From: Desulfobacteraceae bacterium
GTDB taxonomy: Bacteria > Desulfobacterota > Desulfobacteria > Desulfobacterales > UBA11574
Direction of reading: 5' to 3'
Length of the DNA: 60,204 nucleotides
Assembly: GCA_030604635.1 (NCBI GenBank)
Contig: JAUVVL010000001.1
Location: forward strand, 1-60,204
A model generated the notes under the pieces. The model was not told where the DNA came from and searched no databases. It saw only the letters and a list, made by a program, of their open reading frames with translations. The position numbers and the translations under genes were made by a program. Of this stretch, positions 9,632 to 18,870 are shown piece after piece (the first letter of the stretch is position 1; each line of letters opens with the position of its first letter).

Positions 9632-10513
9632 ATGCAACCAGACATCCCAGGCGGATACATCTTGTTTGCGCGAAGAGCCCTTGAGGGGTTTTTTATTGAT
9701 AAACCCTTGCTATGGCTGAACCTTTGGTTATGGATGCTTTGCCAAGCGAATTTTAAGGACCGAGACAAGCTCAAAAGGGGCCAATTTCTAACCACGATTG
9801 AAGATATGCGGAATGCTATGAGTTACAAGATTGGCTATCGAAAAATAAGACCTTCACGTGACCAGATACGAAGCACGTACGAAGCTTTTACGAAGGCCAC
9901 AATGATAACCAGAGCGAAGACCACACGGGGAATGATCATAACCATTTGTAAATATAACTTTTATCAGAATCCAAAAAACTACGAAACCCACAACGAAACC
10001 CACAACGAAAACACAGCGAAGCCCACAGTAACCCCACACGATACAGAAGGAACTAGAAAGAACGGGAAGAAAGGGAATAAAACCTTTAGTGAAAACTCTA
10101 TCGAATTTTCACTTTCAAAGCTTCTCCTTAACTTTATACTTTCCAGGAATCCAAAACACAAAAAGCCGGATCTCCAAGAATGGGCTGTTCATATTAATAG
10201 AGCAATACGGATCGACAAAAGAACACCGGCTGAACTGCAGGCCGTTATCGAATGGTGTCAAGCTGATGATTTTTGGCAATCCAACATACTCTCAACGAGG
10301 AAGGTCCGGGAGAAATTCGATCAATTATTTTTGAAAATGAAAAGCGATGGAGGCCAAAAAGCTAAGGGCGATCTTATTGAAGTTGACGGCAAGATAATCA
10401 GCAAGACCCATTTGCATAATCTAAAATCGTTAGAACAGGCCGCTGTAAATATGGGAATAGAAACGGATTTAAAACAGCAACCCTGGACAGAAAACAAAGG
10501 AATCAAGGAGTGA
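9632..10513 (+). CDS. Putative replication-initiator-like winged-helix protein
   Basis: 293 aa. The N-terminal pattern (LWLWMLCQANFKDRDKLKRGQFLTTIEDMRNAM) is typical of phage replication-organiser wHTH domains. Contains an ETHNETHNEN repeat. Function is inferred. Confidence 0.4.
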   Translation: MQPDIPGGYILFARRALEGFFIDKPLLWLNLWLWMLCQANFKDRDKLKRGQFLTTIEDMRNAMSYKIGYRKIRPSRDQIRSTYEAFTKATMITRAKTTRGMIITICKYNFYQNPKNYETHNETHNENTAKPTVTPHDTEGTRKNGKKGNKTFSENSIEFSLSKLLLNFILSRNPKHKKPDLQEWAVHINRAIRIDKRTPAELQAVIEWCQADDFWQSNILSTRKVREKFDQLFLKMKSDGGQKAKGDLIEVDGKIISKTHLHNLKSLEQAAVNMGIETDLKQQPWTENKGIKE

Positions 10514-10520
10514 TGAAAGT

Positions 10521-11105
10521 ATGAAGTCTGAGGATTACAAACGATTTGCCAACGCGCTTGGAGTGCTGTGCGAGATTCACGGCAGGGAATTATCGCCCAT
10601 AGCAGTCCAGGTTTATTTCCGGGCCCTCGAAAGGTTTTCGATTGAGGTAGTCGAGGCTGTATTCACCAATGCGTATGTAAGTTGTAAATGGTTCCCAAAA
10701 CCGGTCGAGTTGATCGAGTTAATAACCGGCGGACCTGAGAACGTAGCGGATCGGGCGGAGATCCAGGCCGCTGAAGTTCTGCGAGCTGTTCGGCATATTG
10801 GCTTTTATCAATCGGTTAAATTTGACGATCCGATAACGAATGCTGTTATTCAACAAGGATTCGGTGGCTGGATTCAATTATGCAAGGATTTACATATGGA
10901 CGGCGAAAAGTGGTTTTTTAAAGATTTCAACAAAAGCTATGCCGTTTATTCCAGGCAAAAAATAAAACAAAACGGACATCTCGCCGGACAGATTGAGCTT
11001 GAAAACTCAGCGCGAGGATTTGAGGATCAGGTCCCGGCTCCGGTACAGATCGGCATCAAGCATATAAAAAAGATTGATACGGAAAGCAATGAAGGCATTA
11101 CGTGA
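10521..11105 (+). CDS. Hypothetical island protein
   Basis: 194-aa ORF with a good RBS (AAGGAG) and tight spacing to neighbours. Confidence 0.5.
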   Translation: MKSEDYKRFANALGVLCEIHGRELSPIAVQVYFRALERFSIEVVEAVFTNAYVSCKWFPKPVELIELITGGPENVADRAEIQAAEVLRAVRHIGFYQSVKFDDPITNAVIQQGFGGWIQLCKDLHMDGEKWFFKDFNKSYAVYSRQKIKQNGHLAGQIELENSARGFEDQVPAPVQIGIKHIKKIDTESNEGIT

Positions 11106-11743
11106 ACATCCTTGGATTTGACCTGGCAACAAAAACCGGATGGGCCAGCAACGCGCACGGGCGGGGAATGATGAAGAAAAAATTACTTTTTATTATATCA
11201 TTACTACTTTTTTCAATCACAGCGATTGCCATGCCTCCGACACCTGGGCAACATCCTTCCAACAGCCCGACCGCTGTAAGCCGATCAATGCTGTCCGTTC
11301 AACCGATAATTTATCCGGGATTGGATTTTGACGCTCAAACAGGCTCGTTTACAGCCTTCAACACGATAACCGGCGCTACCTCCGGGGCGACTGCGACCAT
11401 AATCGGAGTAGTGGACACCGGTAGCGATGGGCGGCTTTATCTTGAGAGCATTTCCGGCACATTCCAAGACGATGAGATTATCTATGAGAGTGCTGAAGGG
11501 GCAGAATTAAATTCAGGGAATCTTACGGTAGGGGTTTTTATAAAATTACCGCTCGAACCGAACAGGATTTTATCTCAGATGGGTCCCCCGATAATAATGT
11601 CGGGACCTTTTTCCTTGCAACAGGTACAAGTGTCACGCTTGATGCTGATGATAAAGTCGTTTCAATTACAAATGCCGCTCTTGCGAATGGAGTGGTTTAT
11701 TGATGAAAAAGGTACTAGGAAAAACATTTTAACCCGAGGTTAG
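11102..11743 (+). pseudogene. Composite gene: a RuvC-like resolvase N-terminal stub fused to a signal-peptide protein, with a frameshift at a G4T5 tract
   Basis: MNILGFDLATKTGWA is RuvC-like. MMKKKLLFIISLLLFSITAIA is a signal peptide (start 11168). From ~11539 the convincing reading (FYKITARTEQDFISDGSPDNNVGTFFLATGTSVTLDADDKVVSITNAALANGVVY, stop 11702-11704) continues in another frame. Confidence 0.6.
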
Positions 11744-11823
11744 CGCAGCGTTTTTGATTTTTAGTTAGCCACCCCGGGAAGTTGTTAACTTTGAAGTTGT
11801 TAACTTTTTACATGGAGGTTGTC

Positions 11824-12261
11824 ATGAAAATGAGTCAGGCGGAATACGCCCGCCACAGAGGCGTGTCGAGGGCTTACGTTTCGAGGCTGGTCAAGACCGG
11901 CAAAATCCCCCCATCTGCCTGGGTCTGGTCGGGAAAAAAACGGTCGATTGACCGTGACCTTGCGGATCGGGCCTTAAGCGAAAATCTCGATCCAGCTTTT
12001 ACCCGGAAGATTAAGGCGGTGGAGCTGTCTGAAATAAAGCTGGATGATATTATCAAGGGCCTCGATAATGGCGATATTTTAATTGATGCAAAAATTGCCT
12101 GTCAGGAACTGGAAGAATTGTTGAAGTCACCGGCCAGCACACCGGAATCAAGCGCCGGTCTTTCAATCCAGGAGGTGGAGGAGCTCCTTGAATTTTTCAG
12201 ATTTTCGCTTAAAACAGAGCCGTTATTTGTAAAAAAAATGACGCCATGGATTATAGTCTAA
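11824..12261 (+). CDS. HTH DNA-binding protein, resembling a terminase small subunit
   Basis: ATG at 11824 follows GGAGG. MSQAEYARHRGVSRAYVSRLVKTGKIP. Confidence 0.5.
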   Translation: MKMSQAEYARHRGVSRAYVSRLVKTGKIPPSAWVWSGKKRSIDRDLADRALSENLDPAFTRKIKAVELSEIKLDDIIKGLDNGDILIDAKIACQELEELLKSPASTPESSAGLSIQEVEELLEFFRFSLKTEPLFVKKMTPWIIV

Positions 12262-12301
12262 TGATTAGAGTTTTGACATCGAATTAAAAGGAGGGTTTAT
12301 T

Positions 12302-12904
12302 ATGAGCAAAGAGTTTAAAAAATTAGGCAAGATGGTTAGCCAGATTGAAAACGAGATCAAGGCTGTTGAGGGCAGGATCGCAGAAATTGAGGTGCAGCGC
12401 GGTGGGACGGCGCAGAAAATTGACCAACTGACCGGTCAGCTTGAAGCTGCCCTGGTTGCTGATGATTCTGCCAAGGTCGTCTCCCTTGAGAAAGAGATTT
12501 TGAAGTTTCGGGGCCTGGAAAATCGCGATTTAATTTTAACCCCAGCCTTGCAGAAAAAAGTCGATCAACTCAACGTCGATTTCACCCAGGCACGGCAGAA
12601 CCTGGATTTAAGATTCTCCGAGCTGGCTGGGAGGTGGCTTGAAACGGAAGCAAAGCTTTATGACGACGCCGCGAAGGTTCTAATTTTGCAACTACACAGG
12701 CTATTCGCTTGCTCCGAGCTGTTAAGAGAGAAGGATTTTAGCGGCACCTGGCGCGAAATTGTTGGTCCCGGCCACGCAGCTTTGAATCAAATTAAGATCC
12801 CGATTTTGAAAGGTTTCGTCATGTCTGAGTTTAATCAACCCGGACGCCTACTTACTTTTAGCCAAGATGATGCTGACAAGGTGCATGGTGAAATCATTAA
12901 GTAA
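12302..12904 (+). CDS. Coiled-coil hypothetical protein
   Basis: 200 aa, strong RBS (AGGAGGG), heptad-like N-terminal half. Confidence 0.55.
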   Translation: MSKEFKKLGKMVSQIENEIKAVEGRIAEIEVQRGGTAQKIDQLTGQLEAALVADDSAKVVSLEKEILKFRGLENRDLILTPALQKKVDQLNVDFTQARQNLDLRFSELAGRWLETEAKLYDDAAKVLILQLHRLFACSELLREKDFSGTWREIVGPGHAALNQIKIPILKGFVMSEFNQPGRLLTFSQDDADKVHGEIIK

Positions 12905-12928
12905 TTGATTTAACAACAAAAAGGAGAA

Positions 12929-13297
12929 ATGAAAATGTTAAAATTAAAAGATTTATCAACCGAGGATTTTTGCAGAGCTTTGAACAAACCACAACTGGTG
13001 TCGGTTTCTAATAAGAGCCGGCCCAAGAAACAGATGACCATCGACAACGAGACCTTCATTGACATTTTGGCCAGGGCCAATGCTATTTCGGCTAAGTGTA
13101 AATCTCAGATCATCGACTTGGCCGCCGAGGGTAAGACGGAGAATGAGCTGCTCAGGGCCATTACCGATATTGCGAATGGTAAGGTCACGACGACCCAGAA
13201 GGCGAAAGGGGAGGTGATAACGTCTTTTAAGCAGATCAAAGATGAGGATTTCTTCGCCGGGTTGTCACGACCTCAACTCACGGCTTTTACGGCATAG
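12929..13297 (+). CDS. Hypothetical island protein
   Basis: 122 aa, RBS AAGGAG. Internal duplication of the motif FCRALNKPQLVS / FFAGLSRPQLTA at the two termini. Confidence 0.5.
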   Translation: MKMLKLKDLSTEDFCRALNKPQLVSVSNKSRPKKQMTIDNETFIDILARANAISAKCKSQIIDLAAEGKTENELLRAITDIANGKVTTTQKAKGEVITSFKQIKDEDFFAGLSRPQLTAFTA

Positions 13298-13323
13298 GGC
13301 GCCGGGGTTTCATTCAGGGTTTT

Positions 13324-13405
13324 GGCCTGTGACCCTGCCTCTACAAGTGCCCGCTAGTCCGGCGCTTGCTTGAATTTCTTCCTAGCGGGCACACAGGCCG
13401 TTTTT
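13324..13405 (+). terminator. Long imperfect hairpin followed by a T-run
   Basis: GTGCCCGCTAG (13347-13357) pairs with CTAGCGGGCAC (13382-13392). Outer arms GGCCTGTG/CACAGGCC. Followed by GTTTTT. Confidence 0.5.
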
Positions 13406-13485
13406 ACTCAAAGATTCGAAACATTTTTTGTCTGGAATTATGTCAACTTAACTTAAAATATGGAAAAAAAAGGAAGGAATAAAAA

Positions 13486-14172
13486 ATGAGACGATTGAAA
13501 CATATTATTATAGCCATTGTTGCCTTTGCCTTTGTTGTTACTTTGGCCTATGCCGGAACCGTGCACAAGCTTCGATATGGGGTAGCCACGCCGTATTGGT
13601 ATGGGTATTCAAGCGGGGCAAAATCAACATACTATTTAGAGCATCCGACCCTGACCGCAAACGATCAGGTTGTCGTAGAAGGCGTAGCACAAACCCTGAC
13701 TCTCAAGACTTTAACAAGCCCTGTTTTCAACACTGGTGTTTCCGGCACGGCTGTTAAAGATGAAGACGCCATGACGGCTGATAGCGCTACCCATTTAGCT
13801 ACACAGCAGTCAATCAAGGCTTATGTCGATGCTCAGAAAAAGTATATAACGGCTGAAATTGACGATATTTCATCGGCAGCCAGCCATTGGGTTGTGAGTC
13901 CAATAGCGGGTACGATTACTAAAATTTACACGGTAATTGACGGAGCTATAACCGTTGGCGACGCCGCGATTACTTTTGAGCTTGGCGGAACGGCGATAAC
14001 AGACAGCGCTATCACAATCGCTTATAGTGGCTCTGCCGCTGGGACTGTAGATAGCTCAACCCCAAGTGCCCTAAATACGGTCGCTGTTGGCGATGCAATT
14101 GAGTGCATTACATATGGCGGTAGCACAGACGCCGCTAAGGCCAGAATAACATTAGAGATAACACCATCTTAA
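13486..14172 (+). CDS. Secreted or structural protein with a tail-fibre-like motif
   Basis: 228 aa with a signal-like N-terminus. ATHLATQQSIKAYVDAQ resembles a motif common in phage fibre proteins. Gly/Thr/Ala-rich C-terminal half. Confidence 0.5.
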   Translation: MRRLKHIIIAIVAFAFVVTLAYAGTVHKLRYGVATPYWYGYSSGAKSTYYLEHPTLTANDQVVVEGVAQTLTLKTLTSPVFNTGVSGTAVKDEDAMTADSATHLATQQSIKAYVDAQKKYITAEIDDISSAASHWVVSPIAGTITKIYTVIDGAITVGDAAITFELGGTAITDSAITIAYSGSAAGTVDSSTPSALNTVAVGDAIECITYGGSTDAAKARITLEITPS

Positions 14173-14191
14173 AGCAGGGCTCTTAACAAAA

Positions 14192-14425
14192 ATGCGAAAC
14201 CCCTGTTGCTCAAAATATTCAGACTGCCTAAATGAAGCTGTAAGGCAGAGGCTTGATTCCTGGACGTGTGAGGGTTGTAACCATTGGGACGAAAAGGCTA
14301 AAATCCCGTTTTTTGATCTGGAGGGCTGTTATCTTCTCTTGTGGTGTTTATTCCGGCCGGATCTTTACCGGGAGTTTCGGCAGTTTGAAATGCTGAAACG
14401 ATTAGGGCTTGACAAAGCGAAATGA
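14192..14425 (+). CDS. Small Cys-rich hypothetical protein
   Basis: 77 aa with CC..C...C..C spacing. Confidence 0.35.
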   Translation: MRNPCCSKYSDCLNEAVRQRLDSWTCEGCNHWDEKAKIPFFDLEGCYLLLWCLFRPDLYREFRQFEMLKRLGLDKAK

Positions 14426-14596
14426 TTTGATATGAATAAACTATCTAAAAATCATCAACCGCGAAAGGCGGCGTTATGCCTTTTTTTAATCCTTTAAAAT
14501 TAGAACGCTTCAGGTGTCCGGTATCAGTAATGACCGGGACGGTAGTTGATGACCGTTTAGAGCACCTGGGGCGTTTCTGTTTTTTGGGAGGTGTAT

Positions 14597-14866
14597 ATGG
14601 AAATCATAATTTTTTCAGACAGGGACGGAATCGAACACAAATTGACAACCTGGAGCCCGCTGTCTTCTTATGGATTGCCGGTTTATAGGATTGAGGACGA
14701 TTCTCCAACTGATTATGGGCCTGCCGATATGGTGGAATTTGCGGGCTTACCTGTATCCATAGCGGCGCTGGTTGCTTTGTGGGCGAGACTTCAGGGCCGA
14801 ACTGATGAGGAAATTCAGGCGGCGAAAGACTTTTTATCTCAAAACCCTGAAGGATTGCAGATTTAA
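14597..14866 (+). CDS. Hypothetical island protein
   Basis: ATG at 14597 lies 5 nt after GGGAGG. Confidence 0.45.
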   Translation: MEIIIFSDRDGIEHKLTTWSPLSSYGLPVYRIEDDSPTDYGPADMVEFAGLPVSIAALVALWARLQGRTDEEIQAAKDFLSQNPEGLQI

Positions 14867-15248
14867 GTGATTAAATGGCCGCGCGAGAGCGCCGGCAATG
14901 GACGTTCTTATGTTGCCGAGGGTAGACCATTAACAACCCGGGGCGTTTTATGCGCCCTGGGCTACCCGTGACAAGCAGGGTTAAGAGTTCGCTTTTAACG
15001 AAGGGGTTAGGCAAGGGTTGAAAAAAAGAGGGCCTTAAATCGGCTGTTTTTGGAGCCTTGAACCAGGATAAATGAAAAAAGCAGAGCAAGCGGCCATTTA
15101 TCCCTTATTTTAAATGGTTTTGCAAAAAACGACTTGCTCAGAGCCGCTATATTAAACGATCTACGCTTGACGAAGGGTTACGGTTGTACCAGGAATCAGG
15201 GGTTTACACGATTTTGTAATTTAAAAACTTTGAGGAAAGGGGGGTTTT

Positions 15249-16460
15249 ATGTCAATTTTAGCAGAATGTCCAATATGCCGTAATAAGCAGGCTGTAAAAA
15301 ACAAAAAATGTAAATGCGGCGAGGATCTTGACCAGGCAAAACGAGGCCAAAGGATTAAATACTGGATTCAATACCGCCTGCCTGGTGGAAAACAGCGCAA
15401 AGAATATGTTGGTTCTTTTGAGGAATTGAACGGCTATTCTATTGAAGATGCCCAGATAGCAGAGAGCAAGCGCAAGACACAAAAGAGAGAAAACCGGCTG
15501 CTTGATATTAAACCGGATGTAAAAATGACCTTTGATGAACTTACCAAGTGGTATTTAAATCTTGAAAGCGTCAAAGCACTTGCTTCATACGATATCATTA
15601 AAATTAATCTGAATAAGTTCAACTCTATTTTTAGTGATACGATTGTCGGTCACATTAAGCCGGCTGATCTTGAAAATTACCAGGCCAGGCGTTTAAAACA
15701 GGGCAAGGCGTCAGGTACGGTAGATCATGAGGTCGGCAAGGCAAAGACAATGATCTATAAAGCTTTTGACAATGACATTATCGGAGGGGACACCTTAAAG
15801 GCTTTCAAGAGGGTTAAAAAGACGTTAAAGCCCGGTTCTGATGTTAGAGACAGGATACTTTTACCGGATGAATTTAAAGCACTCGTGGGGCACTCAGAGG
15901 GGCACACTAAGGCGATTATAAACATGGGGTACTATACAGGTATGCGCAAGGGTGAGATCCTTAATCTGACATGGGATAAGGTTGACCTTGCAGGCCGTAT
16001 GATTCAACTTGAACCCGAGGATACTAAGGATAAAGAAGCAAGGGGCATTCCTGTTTGTGATGAATTATATAAAATGTTGCTGTCAATGCCGAACCGGATT
16101 CAAGGAAGTAGTGAGGATAACCATATTTTTCAGTACAACGGAAAAGCTATTACAGATATCCGGGCCGGGATAAAGCGTGCTTGTAAAAAAGCCGGTATTG
16201 AATACGGTAGATTTATTAAGGGCGGTTTTATTTTCCACGACCTACGCCATACCTTCAATACAAACATGCGGAAGGCCGGGGTCTCTGAATCTGTCATCAT
16301 GGAAATCACAGGGCATTCAACAAGGGAAATGTTTGATCGATACAATACGGTTGATGAAGGAGACGCCCGGAAAGCGGTTAAGCAGCTGGAGGTATATTTC
16401 GCAAATGTTACCCAAACCGTTACCCAAAACGAAAAATCAGATAAAAAAGAAACAGGGTAG
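15249..16460 (+). CDS. int: Tyrosine recombinase / phage integrase
   Basis: 403 aa. Cys4 N-terminus. Catalytic-domain motifs TGMRKGEIL, HDLRHTF and MEITGHSTREMFDRYNTV. Confidence 0.92.
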   Translation: MSILAECPICRNKQAVKNKKCKCGEDLDQAKRGQRIKYWIQYRLPGGKQRKEYVGSFEELNGYSIEDAQIAESKRKTQKRENRLLDIKPDVKMTFDELTKWYLNLESVKALASYDIIKINLNKFNSIFSDTIVGHIKPADLENYQARRLKQGKASGTVDHEVGKAKTMIYKAFDNDIIGGDTLKAFKRVKKTLKPGSDVRDRILLPDEFKALVGHSEGHTKAIINMGYYTGMRKGEILNLTWDKVDLAGRMIQLEPEDTKDKEARGIPVCDELYKMLLSMPNRIQGSSEDNHIFQYNGKAITDIRAGIKRACKKAGIEYGRFIKGGFIFHDLRHTFNTNMRKAGVSESVIMEITGHSTREMFDRYNTVDEGDARKAVKQLEVYFANVTQTVTQNEKSDKKETG

Positions 16461-16522
16461 GGCTTGTCAATGCCTTTAGTTAAAGCATTTTTTAAGGGTA
16501 TACAGCGTTTAAGACAATAAAA

Positions 16523-16566
16523 AAAGGGTTTAACAGAGACGATACTTGTTAAACCCTTTATTTTTG
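16523..16566 (+). terminator. Rho-independent terminator downstream of int
   Basis: AAAGGGTTTAACA-N11-TGTTAAACCCTTT followed by ATTTTTG. Confidence 0.75.
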
Positions 16567-16568
16567 TA

Positions 16569-16616
16569 TGGTGCCGAAGGCCGGACTTGAACCGGCACGG
16601 GGTTACCCACTACCCC
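16569..16616 (-). tRNA. Orphan 3' fragment (~48 nt) of a tRNA-Leu-like gene, probably an att scar. Not a complete tRNA.
   Basis: The minus strand reads ...GGGTAACCCCGT GCCGG TTCAAGT CCGGC CTTCGGC A CCA (variable arm, T-arm, acceptor 3' strand, CCA). No GCCGAAG 5' acceptor strand and no foldable D or anticodon arm lie upstream. Confidence 0.6.
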
Positions 16617-16690
16617 CTCAAGGGAAGAGGGGATACTTTTAACGTCTCGGTAATTCTACAACTTATTGAAAACATAGACAATTTGTCGGC

Positions 16691-17038
16691 TCATAACACT
16701 ACAGCTCCATCTCGTGAGATTTCCCGGTAAACAGGAAACTCCGTGAATATACCATTCTCCCACTCATCAACGGATGTGAACAACGGACTGAAAATAACAT
16801 TATATTCCATACCGATATCGAATAAAGCCCCAATAATGGCCTTCTCTTCTTTCCAATGCAGCGACCTGGAAGCAACTACAAGCAAATCGATATCTGAATA
16901 CTCGTCATGGTCTCCGCGGGCCTTTGATCCAAACAGAATAACTTTAGCTATGGAGAATTCACTTTTTAGCATCTTGATGGTTGCTTTGATGGCGTCACTT
17001 TCATTTTTCATCAATGTGACGCTTTCAAACGATTTCAT
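16691..17038 (-). CDS. Nucleotidyltransferase-domain protein (MNT-type antitoxin-like), orphan
   Basis: 115 aa with ILFGSKARGDHDEYSDIDLLVV. No HEPN partner follows it. Confidence 0.75.
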   Translation of the reverse strand: MKSFESVTLMKNESDAIKATIKMLKSEFSIAKVILFGSKARGDHDEYSDIDLLVVASRSLHWKEEKAIIGALFDIGMEYNVIFSPLFTSVDEWENGIFTEFPVYREISRDGAVVL

Positions 17039-17529
17039 AATAACTCCTTCTCATGTTTCACTTCCGTTCTTCCTTTGTGCATTTCATAATTGCTGATGTA
17101 ATAATTGCCCTTTAGCTTGCCGCGGGACCGCAAAATGATCCCCTTGAGATACTTCTCATCAATCCTGATATTTTTCAAATACTCGTCATTCCACACATGG
17201 TAAACCTCAACCGGATCCCCGTCTTTTTCACCAAAAATATTGGTAAGCCTGTATTTGCCTGATAAATCCTTTTCATCCCGGTCCTTCAAAAGCGTCTTTC
17301 CAAAAACAATAGTTCTGATCCGGGATTGGTCAACATTTACGCCTTCAATGCGGTTTGAAGAAACGGCGCTTTCAACCAAAGCATGTTCGCGAAGAATCCT
17401 GAGTTTTTGAGGGGATTGATGAGTGAATAATTCCTGCTTGCCCTGTGCTTTACTCAGATCGGCCAGATACCAACTGGCGATTGTAGGGATCGTAGATGGT
17501 TCCGCAGAAAATTGTCGCAATGTCATCAT
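17035..17529 (-). pseudogene. Chimeric ORF: a Fic-family N-terminal stub fused to the C-terminal part of the repeated gene also seen at 25658-26140
   Basis: Residues 1-~85 match the stubs at 20464-20670 and 22062-22382. The remainder (GEKDGDPVEVYHVWNDEYLKNIRIDEKYLKGIILRSRGKLKGN) matches 25658-26140. Confidence 0.7.
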
Positions 17530-17632
17530 AATGGTTTCTTTCCGTTCATTTACTCCCTAATCCAATTCAGGTTTCTTCTTTCCGGCGCCATTAGGGAAAA
17601 GCTTTTAAAAATTCGTTCATGTTTTTAAGACC

Positions 17633-18007
17633 TCATTCCCTGCTTCGGTCGTTATATACCGCTGCTTGCTGCACTTGTGCGGTAACTGGTGCGGTAACTT
17701 GGTCCCGACCTAGTCCCGACTTGATCCCGACTTGTCCGGTCTCTTTCGAAACGACAAGGGGATGAGCAGGAAAATAACTCACAAAGTATGTTCGATCATC
17801 ATCAGTCTCAAAACGAGGAGCGGGAGAGCCATTATCATCGGCAATACCAAGGAAGATATAGCCCCCTCCCAGGTTGTGGAAGTCATTGGCAAAAGCGCAC
17901 AGGGTGTGCAAAACGGCCTCTGTATTCCGGCCGCGTTTAAACTCAAGCCGCTCCCACTCCACAGGGCGGCCCTGCAGCACTTTATGGATATTGATAGGTA
18001 GATTCAT
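17633..18007 (-). pseudogene. Truncated AlbA_2 (Schlafen-like) domain gene fragment with a QVT-repeat tail
   Basis: [36 protein letters not shown]. The ORF then runs into short tandem DNA repeats (GTGCGGTAACT x2, TCCCGAC x3). Confidence 0.6.
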
Positions 18008-18215
18008 ATTTTACAACTTGTACATTTTGTAAATGGTGTAGCCAAATTTCGCAGGAGAATACTTGGTTTTTGCCCATGCATTTCCATCACCCCGTCACAT
18101 AACCATCACATAAGCAACTAATTGATTTAACCTATATTTTTGTGTGCTAACACCTCTTGGTCATAAAGATGATCACATAAAATACATGGCGCGAGGCCTA
18201 CGCCTCAGCACACTC

Positions 18216-18515
18216 CTATCCTTTCCATTTCCACCGTTTTGCTCCTACAATCTCAATCATCATCGAGATGTGCTCTAATTGGCTCACTACATAGCTGGTC
18301 CGCTCATCATCCAGCCACGGCTTGCCCTCATCATCCAGATTGATCCTTTTCAGCGCTGCCCATAATCTTCCTGTCAACAAGACATCACGGAAGCTCTCCC
18401 TCTCCGTCAAATACGGCACATCAATATCACCCTCGATGTGATCCCATCCCATCTCTTTTAACTGCTTAATAAAGGGAACTTCTACGTAGGTTTTTTCATC
18501 AGGTGATTGTGCCAT
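18216..18515 (-). pseudogene. Type I restriction HsdR N-terminal stub (copy 1)
   Basis: MAQSPDEKTYVEVPFIKQLKEMGWDHIEGDIDVPYLTERESFRDVLL. No helicase domains follow. Confidence 0.65.
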
Positions 18516-18813
18516 ACGGTTCCTTCTTGTTGAACGCGCTTAATATATTTGCAATTTCTACATTTCGTGAATAATGTAGGCTCCCTATGTCTTTTCAGCA
18601 CACAGACTGCCCCGTCTGTTCCAGTATAGCATTGATGTTCTGGTAAAAGTCTTGACTTGCCGGCTGTTGCAAGGCCAATTCCTTGCCTGTACTGTTCTGT
18701 TTTTTCTTCTTTGCCATGGATTACAGTTCTCCACGAAAACGCTTTCTGCAATAACGCGGCGGCAGGTGCATTCCCGCATTCGCCCTGAGATCAGTAAGAT
18801 CCAAGATGACAGC

Positions 18814-18870
18814 CAGCTTATTCACCAGCGCATTCCAGCTTATTCACCAGCGCATTCCAGCTTATTCACC
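18814..18870. repeat. 22-bp tandem repeat (CAGCTTATTCACCAGCGCATTC), about 2.6 copies
   Basis: Read directly. It overlaps the 3' end of the AlbA_2/HATPase_c_4 pseudogene. Confidence 0.85.

Larger units (their letters stand above)
8160..16429 (+). mobile_element. Integrated prophage-remnant or satellite-like island (integrase, two Xis-like HTH genes, replication-like gene, structural-like genes)
   Basis: A tyrosine integrase sits at the right end. The near-identical direct repeat CAAATGTTACCCAAA(T/CC)GTTACCCAAAA occurs at 8160-8186 and 16402-16429. An orphan tRNA 3' fragment lies 110 nt past int. Exact borders are uncertain. Confidence 0.7.

Noticed and set aside
14476-14688. 70-aa ORF overlapping the start of 14597-14866
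   Set aside because: It has no RBS. The GGGAGG Shine-Dalgarno serves the ATG at 14597 in the other frame, and the sequence composition is unconvincing.
16569-16660. Complete tRNA gene next to the integrase
   Set aside because: Only the variable-arm, T-arm, acceptor 3' strand and CCA fold. The required 5' acceptor strand (GCCGAAG) and the D and anticodon arms are absent. I therefore call it a fragment or att scar.
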